A DNA stretch of 64,000 bases from a virus. Below are positions 17,364 through 28,000 of the stretch, piece by piece. Location: positions 117,200 to 181,199 of IMG/VR virus record IMGVR_UViG_3300009103_000003; one strand, written 5' to 3'. Numbering within the stretch: position 1 is the stretch's first letter; each line of letters starts with the position of its first letter. Below the pieces are notes generated by a model. The model searched no databases, was not told the origin of the DNA, and saw only the letters and a program-made list of their open reading frames with translations. The position numbers were made by a program, and so were the translations under genes.

Positions 17364-17657
17364 ATTTTACCCCATATCGTTGGAGACACCTACTGCATCA
17401 TATCCCTCAACGAGGGTAGGGTCGTAGTACCCAGAGCGCAACGTATTATCCGTAATATTGGTATACAAAGAAGTACACAGTGATACTTGGTAAGTGTTGT
17501 TACATATTGGGTTTTATGGAGCCTGTATATCTAACGCGGCCAATCCAGCCCTCTCGTAGATATCGGGCCTTTCCTGGTATAAGCTATTTAGAACCCCCCT
17601 ACTGTCCATTCCTACATACCTTGTTAATTCTTTTAGTAGCCAAACAGGAGGCTCATA

Positions 17658-18134
17658 ATGAACTACAATCTAACGACAGTGTCCGAGACTCTTTTCGGAA
17701 AATTCTTGAGTTGTGCATTGATGGCAGATCCGGAACGGATTTCCGATCATGACATGACCAAACTAAATTTTACTCTTTCTTTGGACGGGAAAAGCTTGGA
17801 CTTCCAAGCAGTATTCTCTGCCTTTGAGAATCAGATTAACAATGGCAAACCACTTGCCGCCCCATCCCCGGATTACTCCCTGGGAGACATTATCTCTACG
17901 CTGGAACAGGCAAGAGATGAGGCTAGACGAGTAGACTCGATGGTTGAGAGCAGCGTGGGCGATGTGATTTCAGCAGCGTCTTCCGTGGCTGCGGATTGCG
18001 CATCAGACTACGCGAGCGAGCGAGTTTCGGAGGACGCATGGGAGCACTCTCCTGGAGACAACGTTAATTACGAGGTCTCTAATAACCTAGAGTCTGCTTT
18101 AGATATGCTCAACACGCTTAACGGACGCGGGTAA
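17658..18134 (+). CDS. Hypothetical protein
   Basis: AGGAGG SD; GGTATAAG motif at 17576; followed by a terminator. Confidence 0.7.
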   Translation: MNYNLTTVSETLFGKFLSCALMADPERISDHDMTKLNFTLSLDGKSLDFQAVFSAFENQINNGKPLAAPSPDYSLGDIISTLEQARDEARRVDSMVESSVGDVISAASSVAADCASDYASERVSEDAWEHSPGDNVNYEVSNNLESALDMLNTLNGRG

Positions 18135-18152
18135 AAACATGTGGCTAAGTGA

Positions 18153-18177
18153 GACCCCCTGGAAAATCCAGGGGGTC
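18153..18177. terminator. Hairpin between convergent genes
   Basis: gaccccctgg-aaaat-ccagggggtc perfect stem. Confidence 0.6.
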
Positions 18178-18184
18178 CACTTGG

Positions 18185-20206
18185 TTACTCACCAATTTTT
18201 ATCTCGCACTTGTCGCCATCACAGAATTTATCAGTCACCTCATGAATCGAGGCGGTGAAATCGATTGGCGTAATCCCTTTGGAGAGCTTCTCGTATTCCT
18301 TCTCTGTGATTTCTATATATGGGGCTTGAACATATCCGTGGTCTGAGTCATTCAGAGGAAGGAGAGATACAGACTTCAGCCTTGTCTCATACACCTCTAG
18401 ACAAGTCTTGATATCTTTATGCTCCCCGTTCTGGAATGAAACAGTTATGCTGACTTGGTTGTCTGCCCAATGCTTTTGCAGGTCTCCCGCGTTAGCGAAC
18501 TGTTCCCAGATTGAGACATCCCTTTTCCCTTTTGAGAAGTGCTTCTCTTTCACAGGGAAACTAACCACCGATGTGTCTTGAGCATACGTATCGTCTTCAA
18601 CCACATAGCCAGCCTCTCTGGCAGCGGACACAAGAGGAGACGTATTGGCAACACGGATGTTTCGGATATAAAACTCGGAATGGGGGTAGTGAATGCCAGG
18701 GGTAGAACCACACAACAAGCTGACAGTCCCGCTGGGCTTGACGCTAGTCATTTTGACTGATCGTGGGATACACAACCAGTCACTATAGGTCCTGTCCAGT
18801 TCACGAATGTACTCGTATCCCTCGTCACACCATCGAAGGTATTCTCTTCGGCCCAGCTTGTTGATTGCTTGGACAATCCCAGACTGAGAACAACCTATGC
18901 GACGATTCCTCATCATCACGGCGTTTGTCCTTTGGTCATGGGTGGTGATTAGCGTAACACTCTTGGCATATAGGTAAGCGAACTTAAGAGTCCTGATGTA
19001 GTCTTCTAGGTCCTCGTGGTGCGCAGGAAACGTTTCTACGAGACAGCATAACTCAAAACTTTCGAGTGACTGTTCAGAGCATGGGTTGGACCCCATTACC
19101 CGCATGTCGTAACGACCGCGTTCCCCGTTCATTCGACGGTAGTGTTGCATATTGTCTAGCCAGATCACACCGGGCTCGCCATTAACAGCAATGCTTTCGG
19201 CAACTCCCGAGTAGTCCATACCGACAGTACCAAAGACACTGTTGTTGGAGGCCCACCTGTGACTCCTAAGCTTTTCCTCATCCTGCTTCAGGGTGATGAA
19301 ATCTAGGTCGTCTGGGTCACCAAACATAATTTCAGCAGTCCTCCGGATACCGCCAGAGACAACGCACTTGCCAACTAAGTTGAAGATATCAACGATAATA
19401 GCTGACGTGATCTTATAAGACTCCCCATCCTTGGGCATCAGAAGCTCAGTTAGCTCATCAACTAAATCTATTAGTGGCTGGGGACCAGAGGCAACCCCAC
19501 CAAACCCATTTATCTTAGCGCCCCGCTTTCTTACCTGGGAGTAGTCAGGGTTAGCTGGGTATGCAGTTGAAGGAGGGTTACCGGCTCTCCCCACGAAACT
19601 GTTGAGAACATCTCGGACAAGCTCTACCCACCCCTCACGGCTGTCCTTAACCACGTAAGGCTCAGTGCTCATTTTAGGAACTTCGATTTTCACTTTTCCA
19701 GCGCCACGGGTGTCCCCACCAACGCCTACCCCCAACATGCTCATATCCATCAGGAATGTGAAGGGTGCCGCGAAGTCTACGTCGATTTCCTCGGTAGACA
19801 CGAATGCGCAGTTATTCAGGGCAGCGCCACCTTTATCGAAAATCATTTCTGTGCCCATGGCCCATAAGCCGCGTCCCGGAGGGAGCCACTTAAAGTCCCA
19901 CATGCGAGTGAACATTTCTTGAGCACTCTTTTGGGCCTTCTTTTCTTTCCAAGGAAGGCGCAGTTGGCGACAATGAATTTTTTGTATGTTGAAGGCTCCC
20001 TCAACAACTCTTTTACAAGTTTCCCACCATTCCTCTGTTGTTCCATCCTCTTTTGGTCGGGCGTAGGTTCTTTTATACGTGAAGTACCCCAAGGGCCCCC
20101 ACAAGGGCTGCTCCCCCTCGAACTTTTGTGTGAAAGCCGCACTCAATGAAAAGGTGCGTACTTTTCGTCCTTCTGATGAAGAAACTTGGTCTAATATCAT
20201 CAGCAA
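18185..20206 (-). CDS. nrdJ: Class II (adenosylcobalamin-dependent, monomeric type) ribonucleotide reductase
   Basis: WLPPGRGLW, LNNCAF, GSNPCSEQSL, ELCCLVET, RRIGCSQSG, VKPSGTVS and C-terminal CDGDKC. Confidence 0.92.
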   Translation of the reverse strand: MLMILDQVSSSEGRKVRTFSLSAAFTQKFEGEQPLWGPLGYFTYKRTYARPKEDGTTEEWWETCKRVVEGAFNIQKIHCRQLRLPWKEKKAQKSAQEMFTRMWDFKWLPPGRGLWAMGTEMIFDKGGAALNNCAFVSTEEIDVDFAAPFTFLMDMSMLGVGVGGDTRGAGKVKIEVPKMSTEPYVVKDSREGWVELVRDVLNSFVGRAGNPPSTAYPANPDYSQVRKRGAKINGFGGVASGPQPLIDLVDELTELLMPKDGESYKITSAIIVDIFNLVGKCVVSGGIRRTAEIMFGDPDDLDFITLKQDEEKLRSHRWASNNSVFGTVGMDYSGVAESIAVNGEPGVIWLDNMQHYRRMNGERGRYDMRVMGSNPCSEQSLESFELCCLVETFPAHHEDLEDYIRTLKFAYLYAKSVTLITTHDQRTNAVMMRNRRIGCSQSGIVQAINKLGRREYLRWCDEGYEYIRELDRTYSDWLCIPRSVKMTSVKPSGTVSLLCGSTPGIHYPHSEFYIRNIRVANTSPLVSAAREAGYVVEDDTYAQDTSVVSFPVKEKHFSKGKRDVSIWEQFANAGDLQKHWADNQVSITVSFQNGEHKDIKTCLEVYETRLKSVSLLPLNDSDHGYVQAPYIEITEKEYEKLSKGITPIDFTASIHEVTDKFCDGDKCEIKIGE

Positions 20207-20332
20207 ACCTCCTTAGTTAACTGTCGCTAATTACTCTTTATAAGATAAAAATTTGAATTCCTTTACCGCCTCAACCCGAACACTTTTCTGTGTCTTACTA
20301 GGGAGATATGCTCATAAATCTCATTCAACATC

Positions 20333-20378
20333 CTTATACCCGACATGGCCGCAGTTTTGTGGGCGAGATTGGTATAAG
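20333..20378. promoter_or_regulatory. Back-to-back pair of GGTATAAG putative promoter elements; motif recurs across the window
   Basis: CTTATACC at 20333-20340 faces nrdJ and GGTATAAG at 20371-20378 faces the plus gene; other intergenic copies at 3247, 15180, 16762, 17576, 42660, 54853, 56566. Confidence 0.55.
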
Positions 20379-20443
20379 CAAGTTGAGTCCCCATTACATC
20401 CTAAATAAATCATCCGCGCAAACATACACTGAGGAGAGCTATT

Positions 20444-21046
20444 ATGGGAGCATCATTCCCATCACTGAGAAAATTTTTGTCAACTCCTGGAGGCTTCCTC
20501 TCCAGAAATTTTGTTAATACACTCTGTGTATTCCATACACCATTTATGGCAAGAAGACTTTATGCAAGTTCTTTGTCGTTAATGTCTCAGCAAGGTTTTA
20601 AGCTTAACCTGCCAGAACAGATGATACGGTCATACATCACGCCAGCCCCGTTCTATGGTAATTCGCTAACCCCGCTAGGCTATGCCCCATCTCCCCAAGC
20701 ACCTTCTGGGATTGCTATTACCGATGACATTGGGGGGAGCTTCCATGCGGGGTACGCCTTGCCCTACGGCTCTACAGAGACAAATCGCTGGAACAACGAT
20801 TCAGCTTATCGGATGGGGCGTAGCGTTATTGCAAATGCGAGAATCAGATGCGAACGTGAATACGACGTTTTAGAACAGACATTTGGAAGGGTCTTCGACC
20901 TCCTTGCCTCTAGCGAGTATGATATGACTGATGTGAACGCTGTTTTGCCCCTGTTGGACACAAGTCCAAATGATCCGGGGCCATACAGCCAAATTGAAGA
21001 ATTATGGAGTACCCGTGCGCTGAGGCCTACAGACATTAAACGGTAA
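20444..21046 (+). CDS. Hypothetical protein
   Basis: GAGGAG SD; followed by a hairpin at ~21055-21080. Confidence 0.7.
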   Translation: MGASFPSLRKFLSTPGGFLSRNFVNTLCVFHTPFMARRLYASSLSLMSQQGFKLNLPEQMIRSYITPAPFYGNSLTPLGYAPSPQAPSGIAITDDIGGSFHAGYALPYGSTETNRWNNDSAYRMGRSVIANARIRCEREYDVLEQTFGRVFDLLASSEYDMTDVNAVLPLLDTSPNDPGPYSQIEELWSTRALRPTDIKR

Positions 21047-21198
21047 GCAGAGAAGGCTCCCCAGGGTATCCTGGGGGGCTACTCTCCGTAAATTATTACC
21101 TATAATGTGTATTCGTAGACGACTACCACCTCCCGAAGGCCAGCACAGATCTAAATTTAGAACCATTATACGGAGGTAGTATTTTTACGGAGGCGAAT

Positions 21199-22683
21199 TT
21201 GAGCGAGGTTACGATACCAGAAGATTGGGAGCGGCTTGAGAAGGAGCACGGGGACCGCCTTCTAGCGCAGCTTCAGAAACGCGACTGGAAAAGGCTCCAC
21301 TCTCGGTACGGGGAGCGGTTTGGGTTTTCTTACGAGGAGTTTGTTAAGTGGGGTAAATGGGTTGTGTCTTCTCGGAAAGGCACGGAGGAGGCGAAGCCAG
21401 AGGAAGAAAAACCAGAGAAGGTAGAGCTAAAGCAGTTTATAACCGATAAGCGGGTCTGGTACGACGAAGAGGCAGACGTGTACACCACCTACCTCCCAGG
21501 GGAACCACATGCTTTAGCCATCCCAGGGTCTATCCACAGAGAGATATGCCGCGCCTATAGCAACTACGACTCTAACCCTGCCTCGGTAAACGAGCTTTCT
21601 AGAACATTCAAATTACCCAGGAACACCCTAACAAAGTACCTCCGGGTGCATGGCATTACTCATGATAGAGAGCCATTTACCCCTGAGGAGATCATGTCTA
21701 GGTCGGAAGACGACTTAGCGGAGGAAGCACTACAGATTAGGCGAGCCGCTATTTATAGGCGTATCGAGGGTGATCGATGGAAGGAAGTAAGAAAGGACGC
21801 AGCCCAATGGCGTAACTTCGATGACACCCTGTTTAGGGAATTCCTCTCTCTTATGTCGGATAGGCCCGACACACCCCCAACCAGACTAGACCTAAAGCCA
21901 ACAAAAAGACCTTACGCAGCCGTGATAGGGCTTAGCGACTTCCACTGGGGCAAGTACTCAGACGCAGGTGAAAACTGGGAGCAGTTTGATCGGGAAATCG
22001 CTGCTAAGAGGCTCTTTGATTGCACAGAAGAGGTTCTGTCCAGAATGGCCCAGTTTGGTGCACCAGAGAAGTTATATGTCCCCGTTGGGAGCGACTTCTT
22101 CCAAATAGACAATCAGCAAGGGACGACCACCAGAGGAACTGTCCAAGACATGGACGGGACTCCAGCAGAAATCTTAGTTTCTGGTTGTGAGTTCATGGTT
22201 AGCTGGGTGAATCGTCTTAGGCAGGTTTGCCCGGTTGAGTTGGTGCTTATGAGCGGCAACCACGACCGCCATTCCGGCTTAGCGCTGCTTCTTTACTTGG
22301 ATGCGTATTACCGAACCTCAATTGATGTGACAGTAAACAGGACCAGGACACCCCGTGTATACACAAGGTATGGGGAGAACTTGATTGGTTTTGTTCACGG
22401 GGATAAGGTCGGGAAAACGAAGGACCTTGCCGGGTTAATGGCAAGAGAAGCTAAAGAAGACTGGTCGGCTAATCATAGAACTATCTATACAGGCCACTTA
22501 CATTATGAGAAAACGGAGACAGATGTTTCTTATGGAGTTACAAGAAGACAGCTACCCAGCCTGTCCGGACCAGACAGGTGGCACGCTGCTTCCGGGTATG
22601 TTGGGGCTCCCAAGTCTCTCCCGGTTTATTTACATGATAAAGACAAAGGCCTTGTTGCGGTTATCCACGGGCCAGCAGACTAA
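21199..22683 (+). CDS. Calcineurin-like metallophosphoesterase with N-terminal helical/HTH-like region
   Basis: LSDFHWG, GSDFFQID, SGNHD, FVHGD and TGHLH motifs. Confidence 0.8.
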   Translation: MSEVTIPEDWERLEKEHGDRLLAQLQKRDWKRLHSRYGERFGFSYEEFVKWGKWVVSSRKGTEEAKPEEEKPEKVELKQFITDKRVWYDEEADVYTTYLPGEPHALAIPGSIHREICRAYSNYDSNPASVNELSRTFKLPRNTLTKYLRVHGITHDREPFTPEEIMSRSEDDLAEEALQIRRAAIYRRIEGDRWKEVRKDAAQWRNFDDTLFREFLSLMSDRPDTPPTRLDLKPTKRPYAAVIGLSDFHWGKYSDAGENWEQFDREIAAKRLFDCTEEVLSRMAQFGAPEKLYVPVGSDFFQIDNQQGTTTRGTVQDMDGTPAEILVSGCEFMVSWVNRLRQVCPVELVLMSGNHDRHSGLALLLYLDAYYRTSIDVTVNRTRTPRVYTRYGENLIGFVHGDKVGKTKDLAGLMAREAKEDWSANHRTIYTGHLHYEKTETDVSYGVTRRQLPSLSGPDRWHAASGYVGAPKSLPVYLHDKDKGLVAVIHGPAD

Positions 22684-22692
22684 GAGGGATGC

Positions 22693-23214
22693 ATGGAAGA
22701 TTTCGAAAAGGTATTACCTGTAATAGCCAAGTCAGGGCCCGCAGACGACAAGCATGAAAGTAAGTGTGAAAGATGTGGCGTTGGGTGCCACGCTACTGTC
22801 AACATTAACGGTCACGATGTGGTTGTTGAGGGCTTACACTGCAAGTTCCTCGAAGACACCGGAGAAGGCCCACTGGAGGACCTTGGACGAGGGCGATTTC
22901 AGTGCTCAGTATATGAGGACCGGATGGAAGTAGCCCCTTGGTGCGGGCACACAGACTACGCTAAAGACAGAGGCTGGCTTAGGAAGGGGTGCCCATATGT
23001 CTCCGAGGACTTTAGTGGGGGCAAGGAGAGGTTACCTCCTAATAGGTACGATAACTTGTGGCCCCATATCCTTAAAGAGGTATTAGCAACCGAGTGGCAT
23101 GAGCACACATCCCATACCAGTTTCGTAGCCACACAGCTTTCAAAGAGGGAGCCGGGTGATTGGCAGGTCTCTCCTGGGAGCACAGAAGGAACCGTTGTTT
23201 TTGATAAGCTGTAG
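22693..23214 (+). CDS. Cys-rich (YkgJ-like Zn/Fe-chelating) protein
   Basis: CERCGVGCH...CKFL...CSVYEDR...C. Confidence 0.55.
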   Translation: MEDFEKVLPVIAKSGPADDKHESKCERCGVGCHATVNINGHDVVVEGLHCKFLEDTGEGPLEDLGRGRFQCSVYEDRMEVAPWCGHTDYAKDRGWLRKGCPYVSEDFSGGKERLPPNRYDNLWPHILKEVLATEWHEHTSHTSFVATQLSKREPGDWQVSPGSTEGTVVFDKL

Positions 23215-23249
23215 GTAAAAAAGTGTGCCCCGTAGGACACACTTTAATC

Positions 23250-24062
23250 TCAAGCGCTTTGCTTGAGGATTTCTAGACCTGCACGATTCGGTATGACCAC
23301 TTCCTGCCAGTATTGTCTGGCGTCGAACAGTTGGTTTTTCATATCGATGTGTGCCCGGATCTCTTCCGGAATGTTGTCATTATCCGGAATTGTAATCTTT
23401 GCGTCTGGCGCGAAGAGCGATGTCATATCTTTAGCGTCTATGTCCTCGTACCCCGCCAACCAACGAGTGATAGCTTTGTACTTAGGCGAACAGATTCGGT
23501 AGTTCATCAACGTAATACACGGGTCCACAGACCAGTAGATATCTGAATTTGACTCCGGATCGAATACAGCAACACGGGTGATTGCTTCTGGTGGGATGTC
23601 ACCAAGGTGGCAGCAGTTACCCAGGTGCTCTACTGAGTGTTCCCATAGATGTGCGAAAAGCAGCGGCGCGTTATCTCTATAGAAAGTTGTTCGCGCTTTC
23701 ATACGTTCGGCACCATCGGGTAGCTCATTCGCATCCCTAAGGTCATCGAAGAAGTGCCCCATGTCATCATCGTCCGGAGGCACTTCATTTCTGCTGGCTT
23801 GCTCTAAGAAGTCTTCATCCGGGAGGAGGTAGTCTTCGTCAAGCAGGTCAGTATCAATTTCAACGATACCCCATTTCTCACCGTTTTCTGCCGCGCAGTT
23901 GGCAAAGTATCCAGCGTATGCAACCGATAGGTAGACGCGGTCACCCGCAGAATCGACTGAGTGCTCCCAGTTACCTTTAGAGCCAGTGCTGTCCTTGGTT
24001 TTTAATCCTTCCGCCATCGATAGGCGGGCAACTTTTTCTGAAGTTCCGTGGTAGAGCTTCAT
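23250..24062 (-). CDS. ADP-ribosyltransferase-superfamily-like protein
   Basis: KLYHGTS, RVYLS, A..FA and HLGDIPPEAI motifs; ATGA coupling to the upstream gene. Confidence 0.55.
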   Translation of the reverse strand: MKLYHGTSEKVARLSMAEGLKTKDSTGSKGNWEHSVDSAGDRVYLSVAYAGYFANCAAENGEKWGIVEIDTDLLDEDYLLPDEDFLEQASRNEVPPDDDDMGHFFDDLRDANELPDGAERMKARTTFYRDNAPLLFAHLWEHSVEHLGNCCHLGDIPPEAITRVAVFDPESNSDIYWSVDPCITLMNYRICSPKYKAITRWLAGYEDIDAKDMTSLFAPDAKITIPDNDNIPEEIRAHIDMKNQLFDARQYWQEVVIPNRAGLEILKQSA

Positions 24063-24478
24063 GTGGCTGACCCGCCCGCAATCCTTCGCCAACCGAATTG
24101 CGTCTTTTCGAGCCTCGACAAGTCGTGCCAATCACCCTCACCGTCAACAATGGCCTCGATGACCTTGTCAGAGATGTCTTTGTAGGCGTGTTCGGCGTAG
24201 GCGTACAGGTTTTCCTTGGTACTGGGGCACCACTTGTTTGCGTCCGCGTAGTCACCAGCAATCACGATTCTGTCGCCAGCCCATGTTCCGATGATCGGGT
24301 GCTCACTTCTTAGGTCCCCTCCACCACGTCCGTTGCCATCTGCTAGTAGAACGGCTAGACCAGTCATCGCTGACTGCCCGTCATTACCAAACTCCATTAG
24401 CTTTAAACCTGATCCAAACTTGTGGGGACACAGGTATTCCTCTTTATCAATATTAGTGATTTTATAGTATTGTCCCAT
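24059..24478 (-). CDS. Conserved phage hypothetical protein
   Basis: MGQYYKITNIDKEEYL...GLKLME...WAGDRIVIAGDY. Confidence 0.7.
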   Translation of the reverse strand: MGQYYKITNIDKEEYLCPHKFGSGLKLMEFGNDGQSAMTGLAVLLADGNGRGGGDLRSEHPIIGTWAGDRIVIAGDYADANKWCPSTKENLYAYAEHAYKDISDKVIEAIVDGEGDWHDLSRLEKTQFGWRRIAGGSAT

Positions 24479-24684
24479 CACGTCTCCTTTGTCTGGCACA
24501 GCCCTTCTTCAATAAGCCGTACCGCCATTCTTCCGTAGTGGCCTTGTAGATTCCAAGCCATTCCGGAGTTAATCAATTCTTGAAAGAAACTAATTTCCTC
24601 CTCTTGAGACATCTCGTCAGCCTCATAGGACATGATCTTGTTGACCAAACTAGCTTCTTTGTTTTTATTACAGACTTCGTCCAT
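24478..24684 (-). CDS. Conserved small phage protein
   Basis: FQELINSGMAWNLQGHYGR motif. Confidence 0.7.
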   Translation of the reverse strand: MDEVCNKNKEASLVNKIMSYEADEMSQEEEISFFQELINSGMAWNLQGHYGRMAVRLIEEGLCQTKET

Positions 24685-24725
24685 TACCTACTCCTTAGGT
24701 AAACTTGTATACGAGGTGTCGCCCA

Positions 24726-25013
24726 ATGACTAAGAACTCTTTGATATTCTTTGTGGATTTCCCCGTAGGGGGTGCCACATGGAAAATTCAGTGCAGTGTC
24801 ACTAACTTTGGTGACGAAGGAATTCTCTTGCCTGAGGAGGACATAGATGTAGTCAGGATTATGAACGCCCAGCATAACGGAGTTAGGCTAGATGAAAGTT
24901 CCTGGAAGGCCCTATTAGAGGATAACAACCTATTGGGCAGCTTTTGCGAGAAAATGCTTTCTACGCTGTCTTTTGTGCAGTGGACTCTTTCTGGTCCAAT
25001 GGCAGAGGCGTAG
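24726..25013 (+). CDS. Hypothetical protein
   Basis: GAGG SD; lone plus-strand ORF. Confidence 0.5.
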   Translation: MTKNSLIFFVDFPVGGATWKIQCSVTNFGDEGILLPEEDIDVVRIMNAQHNGVRLDESSWKALLEDNNLLGSFCEKMLSTLSFVQWTLSGPMAEA

Positions 25014-25066
25014 TGTCAAATATGAAGGACTGCTCATAGTCCGGATATTGTTGGCACATCTCTTTT

Positions 25067-28000
25067 TTATCTAGAGGGTTCACCGACGCCTCTGAAATTG
25101 TAGTCCCCGGATTTGATTGCGGCAACATCCGCATCACGGGCTTTTCTATAATCATCACGCTTCTCTTCTTTGCTTTTACAGTCCATGCAGATAAGTAATT
25201 CAGAATACATGGACATAATATGACAATTGGTCTTTGTGTAGCAGCGTTGACAGCTACCGTTCCATTCTCTCATTGTTTCTCCTAAAGGGGCGAGAAACCC
25301 AGCGCCAGAAAGCGTTTAGTTTATCGCATAGCCAGAGTATGGCATCTCGTCGTTCTTCATAAGTTTTTCTATCTAAGTACATTCTATTCCCAGCTTGCCT
25401 TAAAGGTTTCTGTTTGCTGCAAGGCCGTACGGACAGCAGACATCTCCGCAGAGAAGTTTAGGGGGTGGCCATGGTCATCGGTAATACCTGAGCTATTTCG
25501 GACCATATATTCATTAACTATGTACAGTAATGTTTTCACTGCCATCTCCAACTTTTTGATTTCTGCTTGGTAGTCATCCTCATTCATTTGACGCCCCCTT
25601 ACGAGTTTTGTGTCTATACCTAGCATTTTTATTAGAGCAATCTCTAGAGCAATATTTACTATTCTCCCTGGAGAATGCCCCCTTGCCATCAAAACCCTTA
25701 TCACACATATGCCATGCACAAATATCGGTGTTGGGGACAGGTCGTTCGACCATAGGGGGGCGTTGCTCACAGTTTAGGTACCAACATTTTTCAAGTTTTA
25801 TTGGATACCTAGGTGATGGTATGTGGTTGGGGCAGACCCACTCATCCAAGTTTAGCCAGCGGGATTTTTCGCGTCCCATTCTATCTCCAAGTTATTAGCG
25901 TTTATCTAACCGGGGGTTGTTACTCCTCGGCTTGCTCTCGTAGTTTAGTGAATATTTTGCAGACCTTACTGTAGGCCCGCATCATTTCTCTAAGTTTAGG
26001 TTTATCTCTCGCGTAAAGCAGCCCGTTCATGTCTATACGCGCAATAGGAGTCCCATCACTGTCGGTTGCCATTTCGTAGTAATAGTACCCTCCAGATGGG
26101 TGGCTAGGGTTAAGCACCCCAGTACCAAAAGTACAGCCATGTCCGTATTCACCACCAGCACCGTTGTAGGCGATGAATCTGCAACCGGCTACGCCCATCT
26201 CTCCAAGCTCGTCGTACCAACCATAGTTGGCCTCGTATTCCTCTATAATAAGAGCACCGTGTTCGAAGGATACCTCGTCAGCCCAGAAATCTCCGGAGGA
26301 GGTGTCTCCCAGAGCGTCTGGCCAGCTTTGGTATGTTTTAGGCTCTAGGTGCTCTTTAGCGATTAGATAATCGTCAGGATGAATCTGAATCCTCAAGTAG
26401 CAGCGGTCACCCACGGGCCACCATCATCATAGGTGATGCCCATGGACATGCAGGACACCCAAAGTAGGTACCTTTTCCTGCGCCACCCTTCAAGAGTTCT
26501 TGCTCAACATCTACGGTGATTTCCATCACCTCTTTACATCCGCAATGAGGACATCCCTCCTTACGAAGCTCTTCCGGTGCCTCTTTAGCAGTAGGCACTC
26601 CTACAGGGTTGCTGTCTACAAACCCGTAGTCTCTAATGTTATCGGTCATTTTTTCCTCCGAATTGTTTGTCTACTTTTCTAAGCCAGTCCCAGTCAATGG
26701 CGTCACAGATCTCGCTACAACGACTTCTACCAAACAAGGTAAGCTCGTGACCTTCTTCTGTAGCGGCATCTAGGACCATGCGAACAGCGCCGACAGCTTC
26801 ACGCTCAACGTGAGCGAGGTGCTCACCCATATCCGACTTGGCATCATCTACTCCCACGGCGTAAGCCTCGTGGATGACGTACTCAAGCATTCTATGGATG
26901 CCCTCAATGGGCTCACCCGAAGCGGTTACTTCGTTGTGTAGTATCTCCTCGAAGTCCTCTAGGTAGGGGTACTTCTCGTAGATTTTGTCGTACAGTGCGG
27001 CCAGGGGAGTATCCCCTGTTACATAGTCAGGCGGGTCTTGGTCGTTTGGTGATCTAGTCATCATCAAACCCGACTATTTTGTAGCCCTTGCCTTCTATAA
27101 ACTCGATGGCTTCTTGCTCTATAGCGTCACCAATCATGTTTGCATCATAATCTTTATCTGTGCTGTCCGGGTGGTTGTCTACCCACCCAAGAGACTCCGC
27201 GAACTCCAGGGTCTCCCCGAAGCATTCATAGTTATATATTTTCTCTGTCATACACTCATCCTTTCGTTCGTTACTTCTGACTGATACCAGCGGAGTTCCG
27301 CCCGGTTTATCCACTGGCTCTTGCATTCCACACAAGAGCATCGCTCATACGCCTCCGTCATAGGAGGCTCTTCATCGTTGCCTAGCCCCTCGCTCTCGAT
27401 ATTATCGCTAGCGCAGACCGGGCATCTCTTAGGGATTACGGTGTCCTCAAACATCATCCATCTCCTCCAGGAACTCGTCATCAAAATCAGAAGCAAATTC
27501 TTCTTCTTCCTCGGCTCTTCGTTCCATGTAGTTAACAAGCTCCTCTACCCGCTCGTGCGCTTCGTGGCTCGGGGAAAGGAGTGTTTCGATAAAATCGCTG
27601 AGCACGCTGACCGTTGTCCGGTCAGTCCACCCCATCCTCATTTGATATTTTAAGACTGTCTCATACATCATCCACCTCATAGGTATCGCAAAGACCAAAG
27701 GCTTCTGTGCAACCCTCACGTTCTATGTCATCAAGCCTCGCCCTAGCTCTTGCAAGTAGTGCGGGCATATTTTCTTTATTGAAGATGGCTTCTTCGTCAG
27801 CCTCGGTTTCGATACTGAACGCCATGTCCATCATGTGGTTATATTTAATCGCCATCTTCGTCCCCCGACTTCAGGCTTAAGCCATCCATAGCCCCAAGGG
27901 TTTCGATGACCTCCCAACCGCTTTTACACATGTGGGATTCAATATGTTTTCTATTGTTAGTTAGGAACTCTTCTGCTTCTGATTCGGTCACATCAAACAT

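Noticed and set aside
18185-20206. Intein or intron in nrdJ
   Set aside because: Length and motif spacing fit an uninterrupted monomeric class II enzyme.
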